From assembly GCA_053919585.1 (NCBI GenBank), contig CM132785.1: a stretch of 64,000 nucleotides of DNA; one strand, written 5' to 3'. Shown piece after piece: positions 12,701-26,518 of this stretch (the stretch's first letter is position 1; every line of letters starts with the position of its first letter). The notes beneath the pieces were generated by a model that worked only from the letters and a program-made list of their open reading frames with translations, searched no databases and had not been told where the DNA came from. The position numbers were made by a program, and so were the translations under genes. Origin of the DNA: Euprymna scolopes. Its lineage: Eukaryota.

Positions 12701-13371
12701 TGATGAACCGCTAACTGAGAACACTTCTTCCAAGCATAAAAAATCATGGTTATGATCTTTGCAGTTCATCCCCAACTAACATGCAGAAGGTAAAGCAGCA
12801 TATCAGCAATAAGCATGTACTGCCTTCACTAAATAAAGATAGAGGATCACATCAGAGTACATGATGGGGAAACTTGGTCCAGGATAGGCAAAGTGATTGA
12901 ACATTGCTCTCAACCAACGTCATACTTGGTACTGATGAATAATGGCAGAACTATACGCCAAAACCGCCGAGATCTACTAATAGTACCCCGTTCAAAGGTA
13001 CCAACAGCACACCCTTACCCTGACACAATATTTAATTTACCCAAGCAAGTTCATTAAACAAGAGCAGGAGCACCAAACCCAGCCACTCCAGAGTTAGGAG
13101 TTTGATCAAGGTCAGGACGACCAATACATCAATCCAGATGGATGCAAGATTATATATGTTAAGTGAACTTGCATTCCAATAGCAAAGGACCTTGGGAGGA
13201 GGGGATGTTATATATGTATATATATATACATATATATATGAAAGACATTTACTGCAGGTTGACAGTTGAGGACACTTCCGGTAACTGGGGCTTCCGGTAA
13301 GATGACGTTCTGGAAATAAAAGGTGTTTTAAACTACTCGGAGTCAATCTCTTTCCTCATATCTCTTCCACA
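9792..13371 (+). mobile_element. 5'-truncated Gypsy (Mag-like) retrotransposon with decayed gag-pol and short 3' LTR
   Basis: Gag knuckle CRFC...CPAYG; protease FKMESGSQVNIL; RT WVSSLVVVEKPNG, KLDASNAFWQI, SQDD; RNase H DAS..GLGAML; integrase HLGIEKT, PWHKVGTDLF, PQSNGLVERTIQTVK. PPT gggaggagggga precedes tgtta at 13206; the LTR end (~13371) is approximate. Confidence 0.85.
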
Positions 13372-14299
13372 GGACATCCTGATCTCTACTCACTCATAAT
13401 GATATTAAATAAGTATCTGCACGGTAAGACAATCTTATTTTATTGTCACATCCACAAATAGATAAACTTTGCTTATATAAATCACATACATAATGATGTA
13501 TGTATACAACAGTTATCAGAATTTTAACTGATCACATTCTTTTTAAAGAAATAAACACAATTAACTCACCCATCAATCGATGCATATTTTCCAGAAAATA
13601 TGATGATTAGACACCCTTCCCATATCAATAAAAGGAAAAAAGGGATCTCCTATATATTTGAATTGCCTCATCGACCTGGATAGCAAACATTATTTCATTA
13701 GCTCCGTGTAATAAAAATTTGGTTCTTTGGTGAGTATACTCTCAAAACCCTTTAGAATGGTCATTATAGGCACTAAAAATATAAATCTTTTACACCTCGA
13801 GGTATCGCTAAAATTCAAACCTCAAAAAACCATTTTACTTTGATGCATTGTTCACCAATGGGTTAAATCTGAAATTTGATATTCGTCGCTTTGGCAATAT
13901 TGTAACAAATATAAATGAAAAGGAATTCCACCTATGTTAAGTTTAAATAACTTTAACCATTCAACCGTGGATGGTATTGTAGATTTAGATCTGATTCAAC
14001 GCTTGTAGAATTTTAATGTCTGGGTGGATCTACCTGACAAATTTAAAATGGTGTCATCCATTTTAAGCACATAAGTTCCTTCTTGGGAAAGCATTTTAAG
14101 CAAAATAAGAAACCACATAGTTTCCCTACATTGAAAAATTCTATTCATAATCTTCCTAAATACACAAGTTACCTCATATAAGGAGCGTTGCATCTTGTCT
14201 TTTCTTATCCTGGTATGTGAAGACATTTCTTTGAGGAATCTTTTGTAAAGCAGGGAATTGAGAGTTTTTCTCTCTCGACTGTATCAGAAGACAGAGAAT

Positions 14300-15570
14300 C
14301 CGAATTGTCATCCTATTACAAAGACAAAATTAAAGTTTTTAAATAAATTATTGTTATAAAGGAAGGAGAAGTATCATATTGATTAATCAGGATAAGCTTT
14401 TCAGGTAGAATCGAATTATGTCTCTTAAATAAGGATAATAGAGAGAGTGGCAAACTATCTAAAGAAAAAGGGAATTTATGAAGACTATATTAATGTCTTC
14501 CAGAAGTACAAAAAGTGGACATTCTTGAACTGATATATGTATTTCGAAAAGACTTTGGATAATATTGTTGCCACGTGGGTATAAACTCAACCTTAGCCCA
14601 ATTCAGGTAAATCGAATTTTGGGTTCCCCAAGGAAGGCAGTCAGTTAAGGCTGTTATCCAACCTTGTCATGTATATAAAAAGATAAATTCCTTACCCTTA
14701 GGAATGCTAATAGGCTCTCAGTTGCATACACAGAGTTTATTTTGTTCGTCCTTTCTTGCAAATTGGGATAGATTTTACTAGTCATTATTGAGTAAAATTT
14801 AATGGTGAAGAAACAAAAATGTACATCTCATTTACTTGTATGAATCTCCGAGAAGTGCACTTAGGGTTACTGCCCGATATGAATACTCAATCTTTTTTAC
14901 TGGCTTTTGGCAGATAGATGAATTTCTTTGGTGTGCCTACACGTTTTTCTGAAAAAGCCAGGATTTTCTTAGGAGTAGAAATTGTATTGTCAGAAGTATT
15001 TATTTCCGATGAATTTCAGATCGATATCAATTATTTTACCATTCCACTTTATTCTGCTTGATACGAACTTGCATGAGAAAGAATGATACAGACAGTTAAA
15101 CAATATTTAAATCAGTTAATTAGAAGAAAGAAATTGGTGTATTTTGATGTCCTTACTATCATTTCAGATGTGGGGAAAGCTGTCAATGACAGACCACTCA
15201 CTTATATTGATTCTTATGAAATTGATTTAGGTATTTTGACGTCAAATCATTTCTTATAAACTGGTTATAACCTACGTTTACTGATGGGAGACCAAGATGT
15301 TTATGACCTCTGTCTCGATCCTTCCAGTATGATCGTATTGTTGAAATCGCTTGAATTAAGAGAGAAATTTGTGGAGTAATTCCACAAAGTGGAAAAGAAA
15401 AAGAAAAAATATGATGTCGCTGTACTGAAAAATTTTCAGTAGGCGACATCATTTTTGTAAAGTTGCTAAACGAAACCAAGCCATTCTGGAGTTTAAGTAG
15501 AGTACTTCCTCTCATTCATGTGAAAGATGAACGATTTCTTTGTAGTTCTGTATTGAGAGATGATCATTAG
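14300..15570 (+). pseudogene. Old BEL/Pao integrase remnant related to the 45.6-53.4 kb element
   Basis: Frame-broken GIDFTSH, KMY..FTCMNLREVHLGLLPDM, VNDRPLTY and KPFWSLSRV match the intact copy's GIDYTGH, FTCMNVRAVHIELVPDM, VNSRPLTY and RPFWKLGRV. Confidence 0.75.
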
Positions 15571-15587
15571 CAAACCTTTAGCAAGGT

Positions 15588-16374
15588 TGTAGTTGACTGG
15601 TGGATATATTATATATATCCCTCAGTCGTACAAAATATGAAAAATGAATTGAATTGAGAAAGGAAAAATGAATCGCTTTGAGGAAGAAACAAAAAATGCT
15701 TTTATTTGAATTAAACAAACTAGAATTTATTTTGTGAAGAAACACATGAAAGGAAAGGGTACAGCACACGTTTAGTTTGCCGTGCGTCTGTCGCTGTTAA
15801 CTGGTGAGAAGGAAAGTCTATTGTTGCAGAGAGAGAAAGAGAGAAAGTCAATCCAGTTTGGCGTGCGTCTCTCACTGTTAGCTGGTGAGAGGGAAAGTCT
15901 ATTGTTGCATATATATAGAGAGAAAGTCAATCCAGATTATGGAGATAGAAAGCGTGTAACGGGTACGTACTGTCTGTTGACTCTTGCCCCACGCATAGTA
16001 GCAGGTGGCGTGAGGCAAGCGCCCCGAAAGGGAGGCGTTGGTCTCTCGACCACTTAGCTCGGAAGGCCAGTCGAAAAAGGAGGAAGCAGCTTATTGTTCT
16101 TGCTTTTATGGTTGTTTCCAGTGGTCTTTTGCGCATGTGTGGATTTCCTTTGAAGGGGAAGTGACGTTGCCCATGTGTGCATATGTGTGTGTACATGTGT
16201 GTGTATGAACGTGAATGTGGGTGCATGTACATAAACGTGAATATATTTACGTGTGTGTACGTGTGCGCATATGTGTATGACAAGAAAAGTGGTTTGAAAT
16301 GCAAACGCGTGTTTTTGTGAGACTAGGAAAGGCTCCCACAATACTCCCCTTACCAGGAGAAAAAAAAATATGCA

Positions 16375-16432
<58 letters not shown>

Positions 16433-18147
16433 TGTATATAATGTTTTCGGCAATTGACTTTTCGTCCTGTTTTTTTTTTTTTTTTGCTGTTGGTGTGGTT
16501 GTTTAAAAAAACGTCAAAAACGGAGTGTGTTCGTAAAAAAAAGTACTTACGCGTGGAAAAGGCGCTTACTCTTTTTTTGGGCTGACATTTGTTTTGTTTG
16601 TTTTTTGTTGTGTGCTGACATGTGCATGAGTTGCTTGGACAGTTAAGTGAATTGTTCGTTTGGAAGGAAAATTTTTGTTTTGTGTTGACATTGTATGTCA
16701 AGTTGACGGTGTCTTCGCAAGTGAGTCTGCGGTAGTGTTTGTACGTTGTCTGTACGGGCACTTGTGCATTCGTTTATGTTGAACGGTGAGTGTCCCGGGC
16801 GCCGGTTGTCAATGAAACTTCCAGTTGAGAGTTTATCAGTGTGCGTGGTGCATCTCAACTCGTAGTGTTGATTCAAATTCTTCCTATGTGTTGATAGGGA
16901 TGCCCTGTAATTGTTTCTTTGTTGTTGCGTCTGCTGTGCAGGAGAGAATGTACATAGGCCTATGTGATTTTGCTCCTCGCGTTTGTTGCAGAGTAATGTC
17001 AGGAAACTGTGAAAAATGTTTGTCAAGCTCGAATTTTTCTTATATTCGGTATGAAGTCGACAGCTCCGTGTTTATTTTTCTGCCAAGTCTGACGAGGGGT
17101 TTCGTCATTGTAGTTAGTTGAGATTCTTGTCAGTAGTAGTTTACTGGTTTTTCTTTGTTGAAATGTTCGTTTTTGTGTTTATCAAATAAAATGTGCGTCT
17201 CGCTCAAAACAATTCATTTAAAAAAAGGTAGAGTCACAATGCGTGTTCGTTTCACGTCAGTTGGTCGGCAGTTTGTTGCGGGACTTGTGGTTTAGAAGGA
17301 AATGTGTGTTCCTCTCGCGTTCGGGTGTCACCAATTTGTTGAGGTCTGGTGGTATAGAAGGAAATGCGTGTTCATCTCACGTCGGGTCACCAATTTGTAG
17401 TGGACTGGTGGATATATTATATATATCCCCCAGTCGTACAAAATATGAAAAATGAATTGAAGTGAGAAAGGAAAAATGAATTGCTTTGAGGAAGAAACGA
17501 ACAACGCGTTTATTTGAATTAAACAAACTAGAATTTATTTCGTGAAGAAACACATGAAAGAAAAGGGTACAGCACACGTTTAGTTAGTCTGTTGCTGTTA
17601 ACTGGTGAGAAGGAAAGTCTATTGTTGCAGAGAGAGAAAGAGAGAAAGTCAATCCAGTTTGGCGTGCGTCTCTCGCTGTTAGCTGGTGAGAGGGAAAGTC
17701 TATTGTTGCATATATATAGAGAGAAAGTCAATCCAGGTTATGGAGATAGAAAGCATGTAAGTTGTACGTACTGTCTGTTGACTCTTGCCCCATGCATAGT
17801 AGCAGGTGGCGTGAGGCGCGCGAGCGCCCCGAAAAGAAGGCATTGGTCTCTCGACCGCTTAACTCGGAAGGCCAGTCGAAAAAGGGGGAAGCAGCTTATT
17901 GCTCCTGCTTTTATAGTTGTTTCCGGTGGTCTTTTGTGCATGTGTGGATTTCCTTCAAAAGGGAAGTGACGTTACCCATGTGTGCATATGTGTGTGTACA
18001 TGTGTGTGTATGCACGTGAATGTGGGTGTATGTACGTGAACGTGAATATATCTACGTGTGTGTACATGTGCGCTTATGTGTATGACAAGAAAAGTGGTTT
18101 GAAATGCGAACGCATGTTTTTGTGTAAGACTAGGAAAGGCTCCCACA
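15588..18147 (-). mobile_element. Complete non-autonomous LTR element (LTRs 17396-18147 and 15588-16340; ~1.05 kb non-coding interior)
   Basis: Two ~750-bp direct repeats tgtag...cccaca; TSD AGGT at 15584-15587 and 18148-18151; minus-strand PBS next to the right LTR; PPT aaggggagta next to the left LTR. Confidence 0.9.
17377..17392 (-). promoter_or_regulatory. tRNA-Trp-type primer-binding site TGGTGACCCGACGTGA
   Basis: Matches the known tRNA-Trp PBS (TGGTGACCCCGACGTGAT) with one C fewer; 3 nt from the LTR end. Confidence 0.8.
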
Positions 18148-18499
18148 AGGTTCGTTCATTGCGGTGGATACTCAGATAGCATGCGTTGTTTGTCTTTTAA
18201 ACGTCAACCGGTTTTATGCTCTTTGCTCCTTGTTTGAGTCAATTTATATGCAAATTAACTTAACTGTTGCTCGATCTCGCAGGGAGATCTCTTCTCTGCT
18301 ACAAGGCTCCCCACCAAGAACGGTTGTGGGAATATCACCAATCACCACCGTTCAACACTGATGCATCTGTAGCAGAATGTGATCATATAATTTAGGTACA
18401 GTAATCTCTTGCAAGTTTCTTGGGTCAATGAACTGTCCTCCCTGCTCTCGTTTTGTATGGTTGAGTTGCTTGTTCAGTTGTTTTTATCAGTAACTGTTA

Positions 18500-20105
18500 A
18501 AGGGTTGAAAATGTCTGCGTCAGGCGTATCCAACACGGTGGTTTCACACTCAATATGGGCTTTCTTTAATCTGTTCACTGACACCGTCTTAGTGCGACCA
18601 TTTATATTCAGTTTGAAATTTTGTTTTTTGCTGAAAATTTGGCCCCCAGATAGGGAGGGCTCAAATGTCCATGGACCGCATCATTTCAAATGAATACATG
18701 AGTCCATTTATCCATATCTCTCGGGACATGTGCTGAAATCATTTGTAGTTGAGGACACAGAGGAGGTAGTTTCGAAAAATATGTCCGAAGCCATAAGACA
18801 TACAATGAGATGTCTGTGTTGGATTAACTTTCGGGTGTGAACATTGTACCAGGTAAAGCCAAGTTAGTACCATACAGCAGTTCTACACAATTGTTTGTTG
18901 GTTGGTTGAAAGCGATGAGAAAGTACAAATTGATCTGCACAATTGCATTCTTAGTCTGCTAGAGTGTTTGCAGAGTCTAAGCGAGGAGGTTGAAATTGCT
19001 GAACAAGTGCAAGTGGATCTGTACATTCTTAGCCTGTAAGTGCATCTGTAGAGCCTAAGCGATAAGGTTGAAGTCAGTTACACAAAGGCTTGCAAGCGAG
19101 TCTGCAGTGCCAAATACAGGCGAGTTTGTACCCATGACAGTGTGTATCGTTTGTGTTGATCAAGTTCCCTATGCGTTGGTTGAATCAACGAACGTCCAGT
19201 TGTCGAGTTTTCCAATGTGCATGTCACAGATAACTCGTTTTAAACTGGTGACTTCTTCCTTAATGTCCAATCATTGAATTTTTCCTTGGGGTGGGTTAGT
19301 TATTATATCCTGAACATTTTAGCTAACTGTGCCGGCACAACACAAAATGCGTAGCTGATTATGTGGGGGGACATTGTGAATTTCAAAAAAGTGTTCACCA
19401 TAATTTTGCATCTTCTGGTTGAAGTAATTTCTCTTCTTGTTAAATTATTAGAACTTAAATTGTTGAACACAGCTGGCTGAATTATGATATTATTTTACCA
19501 TGCCATAAAAAATTGTGGAATCCACACCAATTAACAGGCATTGCCACTGATATTGCCTCACTAGTTTTGCAACCATTGAAATGAAACAAATCCAGATAAG
19601 TGTTTGTCATTATTTGCGGTCCGTTTCTGATGCAACATCCCTATCAAGTTATGTAAATTAATTTCTCATATGCTCTAAATTTTTGCCAAAATAGTTTAGC
19701 TCCACGTGCGTTTGATTTTGCTAAAATAAATTTTAATTCATAGTGAGGGTCTCGTTCTTTCTCAGTTGTTGCCTGGACATTGAATAAACAACATGAAGCG
19801 ACAGTAGCTCATGACAATTCTTGAATTCTTATTGGCTGGATTTTACTCGAAACATGATTTCTCTTCTTATTGAATTATATTACTATAAATTGTTGAACTC
19901 CATTTGTTTATGTCATTTTATCATGGCATCAACAATTGTGGAGTCTACACCAACTAATAAGCTTCAGCACTAAGATTGCCCCACTATTTTTGCAGTCATT
20001 GAACTGATGTCTTCCAAACAAATCTTGGTAAGTATTTACCATTATTTACGGTCCATTTCTGACGTGACAACCCTATCAAGTTATGTGAGTTTATTTCTCA
20101 TATGA
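18500..20105 (-). pseudogene. Decayed Gypsy remnant (integrase C-terminus, plus a duplicated segment that may be gag)
   Basis: GRTKTVSVNRLKKAH and LYGTNLALPG motifs; a ~250-bp diverged duplication at ~19420-19672 and ~19860-20104. Confidence 0.6.
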
Positions 20106-21739
20106 CTTTCTAAATAATAATGCTATTATTTTAGCACAAGCAGTAAAGTAAAAAAATTACATATAAATCCATTCTAAACATGTGGAGTTAAGCAAGTTTT
20201 ATTTCTGTTCTGTACTTTCATTTAACAATATAATAAATAAAATAAATAAAAATTCGTACAAAACTTGGCAAACCATAAGTGTGAGCGATTCCAAACAAGA
20301 AGGCTTTAATATCAGGAACCAAATCTGAACAGGTATCGTTTCTTGCGGATTTTGAGTCAGGCGGTCTTCTAGTTCACTGTCAAATCTTGTTTATCCAAAG
20401 ATTTATCTGCTTCCTAGAAATATTTCAAAAAGATGAGACAACCCATAACTTTACTAACAAAAGAGGCTTTGGTTGGTCGGTATGTAGATTGAAGTGACAA
20501 ATTTAAAACACTATCCTGCAATTATATTTTATAGCTGATAATTTAAGTATTATTTACTCAATAGAAGTTTTCACACAAACAACTTGCAGCGATCGCTCAC
20601 CAGCAATAGCACATGATTTCTTGTTATTTCTAAGGCTGTCTACCTATTCTCAAAGGATTCACGACTTCATCCATCTCATCTCAAAAGGTCAGCTCTCCTG
20701 AGTTTTGAATAATCTATAATCGTATTATTAATAGTGGCAAGGCTGCTATTTCTTCTCTTTTAAAGGTCTCCAGATCATTTCATCTTCTAAGAATAACACT
20801 CATCTCTTTGTTCGTCTTTTTGCTGAAAATTCCTCTATTGAATATACTGATGCTATTGTTATGCAGTTGGTACGGTCTGAAAGATTATTATTTCATCATT
20901 ATTGATATTTGTCAAAATAGAAACAGAAAGAATGTTATCAAGCTGAAAGGTATATTTTGGGATAAAATTATTTATGTTAAAAATAGTTCCCACAAATGTT
21001 TACTTGGTGAAAATAATGTTAACTAACATAAACAAAATATGTGAAAGGTTAATAATCTGATTTATATCTGTAGTTACATGGAGTTAAGGACGTGATGAAA
21101 TAATGTGAGACACATAGAAGTTAGTCAAGAATTGGCAGTCAGAGAGGAAAGTAAGTAGTCAAAAAGAAAAAGACAGTCTACTGACTGAAATGGCTCCGAG
21201 CAGAGGAGGCTGTCGGAAAATGTCTGTAGTAACAATCTGGGACTAACATTGCAGCTTTCCAATGGGGAAACATCGAGAATAATGTTGCTGAAAAGACAAA
21301 CCGAGATTTATTAATTCATTGGGATGAATCTTCTTTGCAGCTTCCCGTCAAACAAGACCAAAGCTGGACCAGGAATGCTTCCCCATTGGCCGATGTTACC
21401 CTTCAAAGAGAACTGCTATCCATCCCTTTTTTGTTGTTATATTTCCTGTTCATATTCTTTTCACTAGACGATCACATATATCGGCACATAAATATATATA
21501 GACTAGACGATAATATATACTCAGAAATATATACAACCCCCACTACATTTCACTGTTTTGGATTTTCCTTCGAAGACTTATCAAATTTGATTCTGTAATT
21601 TTCACTCTAATGATAGTTGCTAGAATTCTTGCTGGTCTTGATTTGATTTCCGTTATTGTTCTCAAATGTTGTGTACCTGATCTTTCTTCTATTCTCTCGA
21701 AATAATTCAATCTCTGTTTGTCGCAGTCATGTTTCTCTT

Positions 21740-22850
21740 CTTTTTGGAAGGAGTCCTCTGTTTTCCCTATCTTTAAAAATGCTGGTGATCAATCTGATCT
21801 AATTAAATATTGTCCTGTTAGTCTCCTCTCTGTTATAGCAAAGATTTCGAGAAGTTGGTCAATAGCAGGTGTGTTCATTTTCTAGAAAGTCTGGACCTCT
21901 TTAATTATCTTCCCTGTGACTTTCATAATTTTCGTTCAACATCTGATGTATTAACTTTTTGAATGGGTTTATTTTATGTCATCCCACTTCGTAATTAACA
22001 ATGTGGAGGAAAGATTAAAACATTTTTTAATAAGCATAAGACCAACAGGTTATAAAAATACACAGTTCAGTAATGAACAAAAAGATATTTTGGAAAACCT
22101 GTTATGTTAAAGATTGGGGTAAGAAATGACTTGTTTCTTTTAATCCTGTTAAGACTCAGCTATTGATTTTCAATCGCAGGCACGCCTCTTTTCTTTCTGA
22201 GATTCTTATGAATAGTTCTGCTCTCGGTGAGATATTGACTCTAAAACTTATTTTTTTCTCATTAAATCCTTCCTGGAGTCCATACATTAAATTCATTGCT
22301 CTTTCTGACATACTAAATACTTTCTCACACTCAATATTATCCTCTATCTCTACAAATCTACTATTTGACCATGTATAGAGTCCTGTTGTCATATTTGGGC
22401 TGGTGATCTGTGTCCCATTTCAAATGGTTCTGGACAAATTGCAGAAATATGTCTGTAATTTGATTTGCCTCACACTTTCTTCTTAATTGCAACCTCCTCT
22501 CACAGTCGTGATTTTGCTTGTATGAGTCTTTTCTACAAATATTATTATGGTATGTGTTCCTTAGAATTGTCTGATCTATTCTCTGCTTCCTTTATTCCAG
22601 CCTGTTTGACTTCACTATTTTAATACCTTAAAGAAGTATATTTTTTATATATAAGTAGATTTTTTCAGGGACTGCAAGGTTGTGGAACTCTCTTCCTGCT
22701 CACTGTTGTCCTTATAACTACAGCCTTCGTCTATTCAAGATTAAAGTCAATAGGTATCTTTTGTCTTTGCAATAATTAGCTTTTGTTCTTATTATCTCCT
22801 TCCATCAAGTGGCTTCGTACCTCATCTTGAGTGATTTTCATAAAAAATAC
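21740..22850 (+). pseudogene. CR1/Jockey-group LINE ORF2 remnant
   Basis: PIFKNAGDQSD..KYCPVSLLSVIAK and ILYLYKSTI*PCIESCCHIWAG; short A-rich 3' end near 22845. Confidence 0.75.
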
Positions 22851-25839
22851 ACAATACCATATTGAAAACCGTAATAAACATCATTTCCGTCATACATATC
22901 CTTCTAATATCAAATTCTTGTCAAAAGATAAATAACTGACGCTGTGGATGAAAAATATATAATTATAATGAACAAATAAAATAAACATCCTGCTAAATAT
23001 GGATTAGTTTGGCTCAGATTTGCATGAAGGCAGCATGCTTTTCAAGGAAAAAATTATTCTATATATAGAGGACAAATGAATACCCAATGAAATGAAACAA
23101 GCTAGTAAGATAAGCCATGGTAAAGGAGACCAGGACCTAAGACACCTAAATTCTACTGGCCTCATGGATCGACAGAAAATGTCACCTGAGCACTTTTGAA
23201 ACTTCTTTGAAAGCCAGCTACGAGTGAATATCAATTTTAAAATCAACAGACTTCACCTTATGTGATACTGCCAGACTGTGGAACGTGTAGCCAGACGTCA
23301 GTGAGTACTGGAAATGATAGTCGGTCATATTGATGGAGTTTTATGGGATCATGTCAAGTTATATGAATGGAGTTGTTCAAAATCATGTTGAGTCATATTA
23401 GCAGATTTGTTTGTGATCGTGACAGGTCATGTTGACAGAAAAGTTTGGTACAGTGTCAGGTCGCACTGATGACATTGTGTCAAGTTGTGTAGACGGAAGT
23501 GGTTGTTTTACATTTGTTGTTCAGTTGACTTGATGGTTGTCACAGTCATAATTGGTGTGTGTGTGTGATAACAATATATATTTGGGGGGAGTGTCTTCCC
23601 TTATGAAGTCACAATAATAAATTAAAATATATTGAAAAATTGGTAATTCTATTTACAAGATTTGTTGTTCACTCATTTCAGAATTATGTAATAATTTTAA
23701 ATAATTTAAATCTCTTAATTATTTTGAGAATATTTTTGTTCTTTGCAATTCAAAAGATTATAGCATATATGAATGAAAAAAGTTATAGTATTGAACTAAA
23801 TTCCACTTTGTATTTAAAAATTCATGTAAATTCATTAAAAATATGGTATAATTAAAAATATAAAATAGTAAATCTGATATATTAAAACTCTTTGGATTTG
23901 TACAATATTAAAATTCTGACTGATTACATATATTTTCTACAGATTTCCAAAAATGGAAATGGAATATTCAAAACTTTAGTATCGATAGTTCTGTGGAAAT
24001 CTGACTGTGAGTTTATGTTTGATAGATTTATTAAATACATGGGTGCTAGCATATACAAAGTATCCTTTAAAAAGGAACATTTTTATAAAACATCCATGAG
24101 GTAAAAAAGATTTTAATTTCTTCTTTTCAATATTTTCATACGCTGAAAAAATTGAAACTTCATTAGCAGTTTATTATGTTTCTTCTTTTGTATGTTATAA
24201 AATTATGATTATAATATTAAACTATATTAAAGTAACATTGTGTTACATAAAAGTGGGTAAATTCTATGATTCGCTTTGGAGGTCCTTAATATTCAGAAAT
24301 TATCGGGTTACCAAGATGAAAGACATCCACAATAATCAGCGTGATTTAGTTCCTTATATGAGTGCTTTGTTGAGTTGATGAGTATCTAGTCATATTCTTT
24401 ATGTCACATGTTTCTGTTTTGTGAGAAAGTTATAATATATATATATACACTCATATTATGAAAAATAGCAGGAGGATGTAAGCACATTTCCCAGATTAAA
24501 AACATTAATTCTTTTATTTTAAAATGGCACAATAAAAGTGAGGTGGAAGGAGTCAACATCTGTTGTCACAGGGAGAGGGGCAAGTGATGTTCTTCAGAAA
24601 ATCCACCCTATGCAATTTTACAAGACAGGGATTGGAAAACCAATAAAAATACAGGATCACTTTTGTTATGGAAGGGGTTTTGATAAAATAATAGAAAAGC
24701 GAATAGCAGTCCAATCCAATAGTTCAGTCCAGTGTCTCTGGTGAGCAGAAAAACTCTAAGGAAACTAAATATAGCAGAGTAAGAAAAAGGGACTTAAGAA
24801 AAAATTCAGTTGATTCATGCAAATTACATTTTAAATAAACAAATCAATACCAAAACCACATTTCACACTCGCTTTCCCTAATAGATTTTCCCTTCTACAC
24901 TTTTCTTTTGCCATTTCAGAACGAGTTCAAGGTAATTACTTTTCTTTAAAATAAGTTTACAGTTGCATGAACATGACTTCCCATTGCAATGTGACTAACT
25001 TTTTAATTTTCAGATAAAATGTTGAGCTTGCCTTGTAAATAAAACAAAAAGACATTTCTGGTTTTAATAACTTCTGCTTCTTGATTTTCGACTCCTTCTT
25101 CTCTTTTAATTCCTTTCTCTTTCTTTCCTTTCCATCATTATCTTTTTCAAACTATTCTTTCACGATCTCATACAATATTTGAAAAAAAAAACAACAAATC
25201 ATATTTCATAAAAAAAATTAAAGACAATGAAACAATAATTTATTTTGCATACAAATTAAATAAAACTGAATTAAAATGTTCGTTTTTTTATCCAATATAA
25301 ATAATATTCAAATTGGTTGCCAAATTCTTATTCACTTTTTCTGAGAATATTGTACAATTACTCAAGTTAAATATCATGTTGTATTTTGGTAACAAAAACT
25401 GTATGAAAAGAAATAAACGACTATATTTAGAAATACAAAAAGCAAAAACTGCACTTTTTAAAAAATCCAGAAATTTAATTTTAGAAATGTTTTTCTCTCA
25501 TTCAATAAAAATTGATTTCTGATATGCCAGAAAAGTTGTTAAAAGTTATATTATTTTATGATTCATAAAACAAAATTTTCTCTTAAACATTTTTCATAGT
25601 TTCATTTCAGTTTTAAACTGAGTTAATATTGTATAATCTAAAATTGGATCTGTACATCAGCTTTGTTCAATTAAAAGTGTATCAACATTTCTTTTATGAA
25701 AAAGATCTAAATATTCAATTCTCAGAGTCAAACCGTTTCTTTTAAGTGCAATTTCAATACTCTTGTATTAGTTTACCAAGTATATTCTATTTAGGATTTA
25801 TCACACATTAAATTACTTAAATGTTCATTTAGTATGTAT

Positions 25840-26510
25840 TGTAACCAACTTGTTTTCTGTTTAAGAGATAAATCCAATACATGACAATAATATGTTTTTC
25901 TTCCATTATGAGATTTATTGCAAAGCAGAACCATACTTTACATTTTGGTTTCTTTTTCAGCAGACTTCTATACGATCTCAACATACTACATCTTGGTATA
26001 AATAAATAATTTCACAGGAACCTTAATCCTTGTATCCTCAGCGATATATTAAATTTCTTGGAAATAGAAACACCACATATTCTACAAGAATCTGATTTCT
26101 CACATTGGCTTAGATATGATGCAATTTATGTGTAAATAAAAACCACACACTTTCCAGCAATATAGTTTCTCTTTAGTATAGGTTTGTATATGCAGAAGCA
26201 CGTGTCTTATGTTTAAGACTACACACTGAAACACAATATAGTTTAGATCATGCAAATGGTTGCCTCTGTTACATTTGCTGCGGCATTGTAAATGAATCAA
26301 ATACTTTATGAAAATATGGTACCTCTTTAACCACAGTATATTATATTTGTTTAAAAAGGATGAGCCACATACTTCAGAGGTATATAGTTTCTTAAACATA
26401 ATGTATCTGTGTAAAAGTAAAAACATTTTACATGTAAATAATTTTGGTGAGAATCTGAAATAGTATGCAACATATTGGATTTCTTTGAAAGCAAATACTT
26501 ATCAGGAATA
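25840..26510 (-). pseudogene. Decayed C2H2 finger repeats downstream of the zinc-finger gene
   Basis: KKLYTSEVCGSSF, HIQTYTKEKLYCWKVCG and EKSDSCRICG, broken by stops and frameshifts. Confidence 0.7.
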
Positions 26511-26518
26511 TTTTTTTC

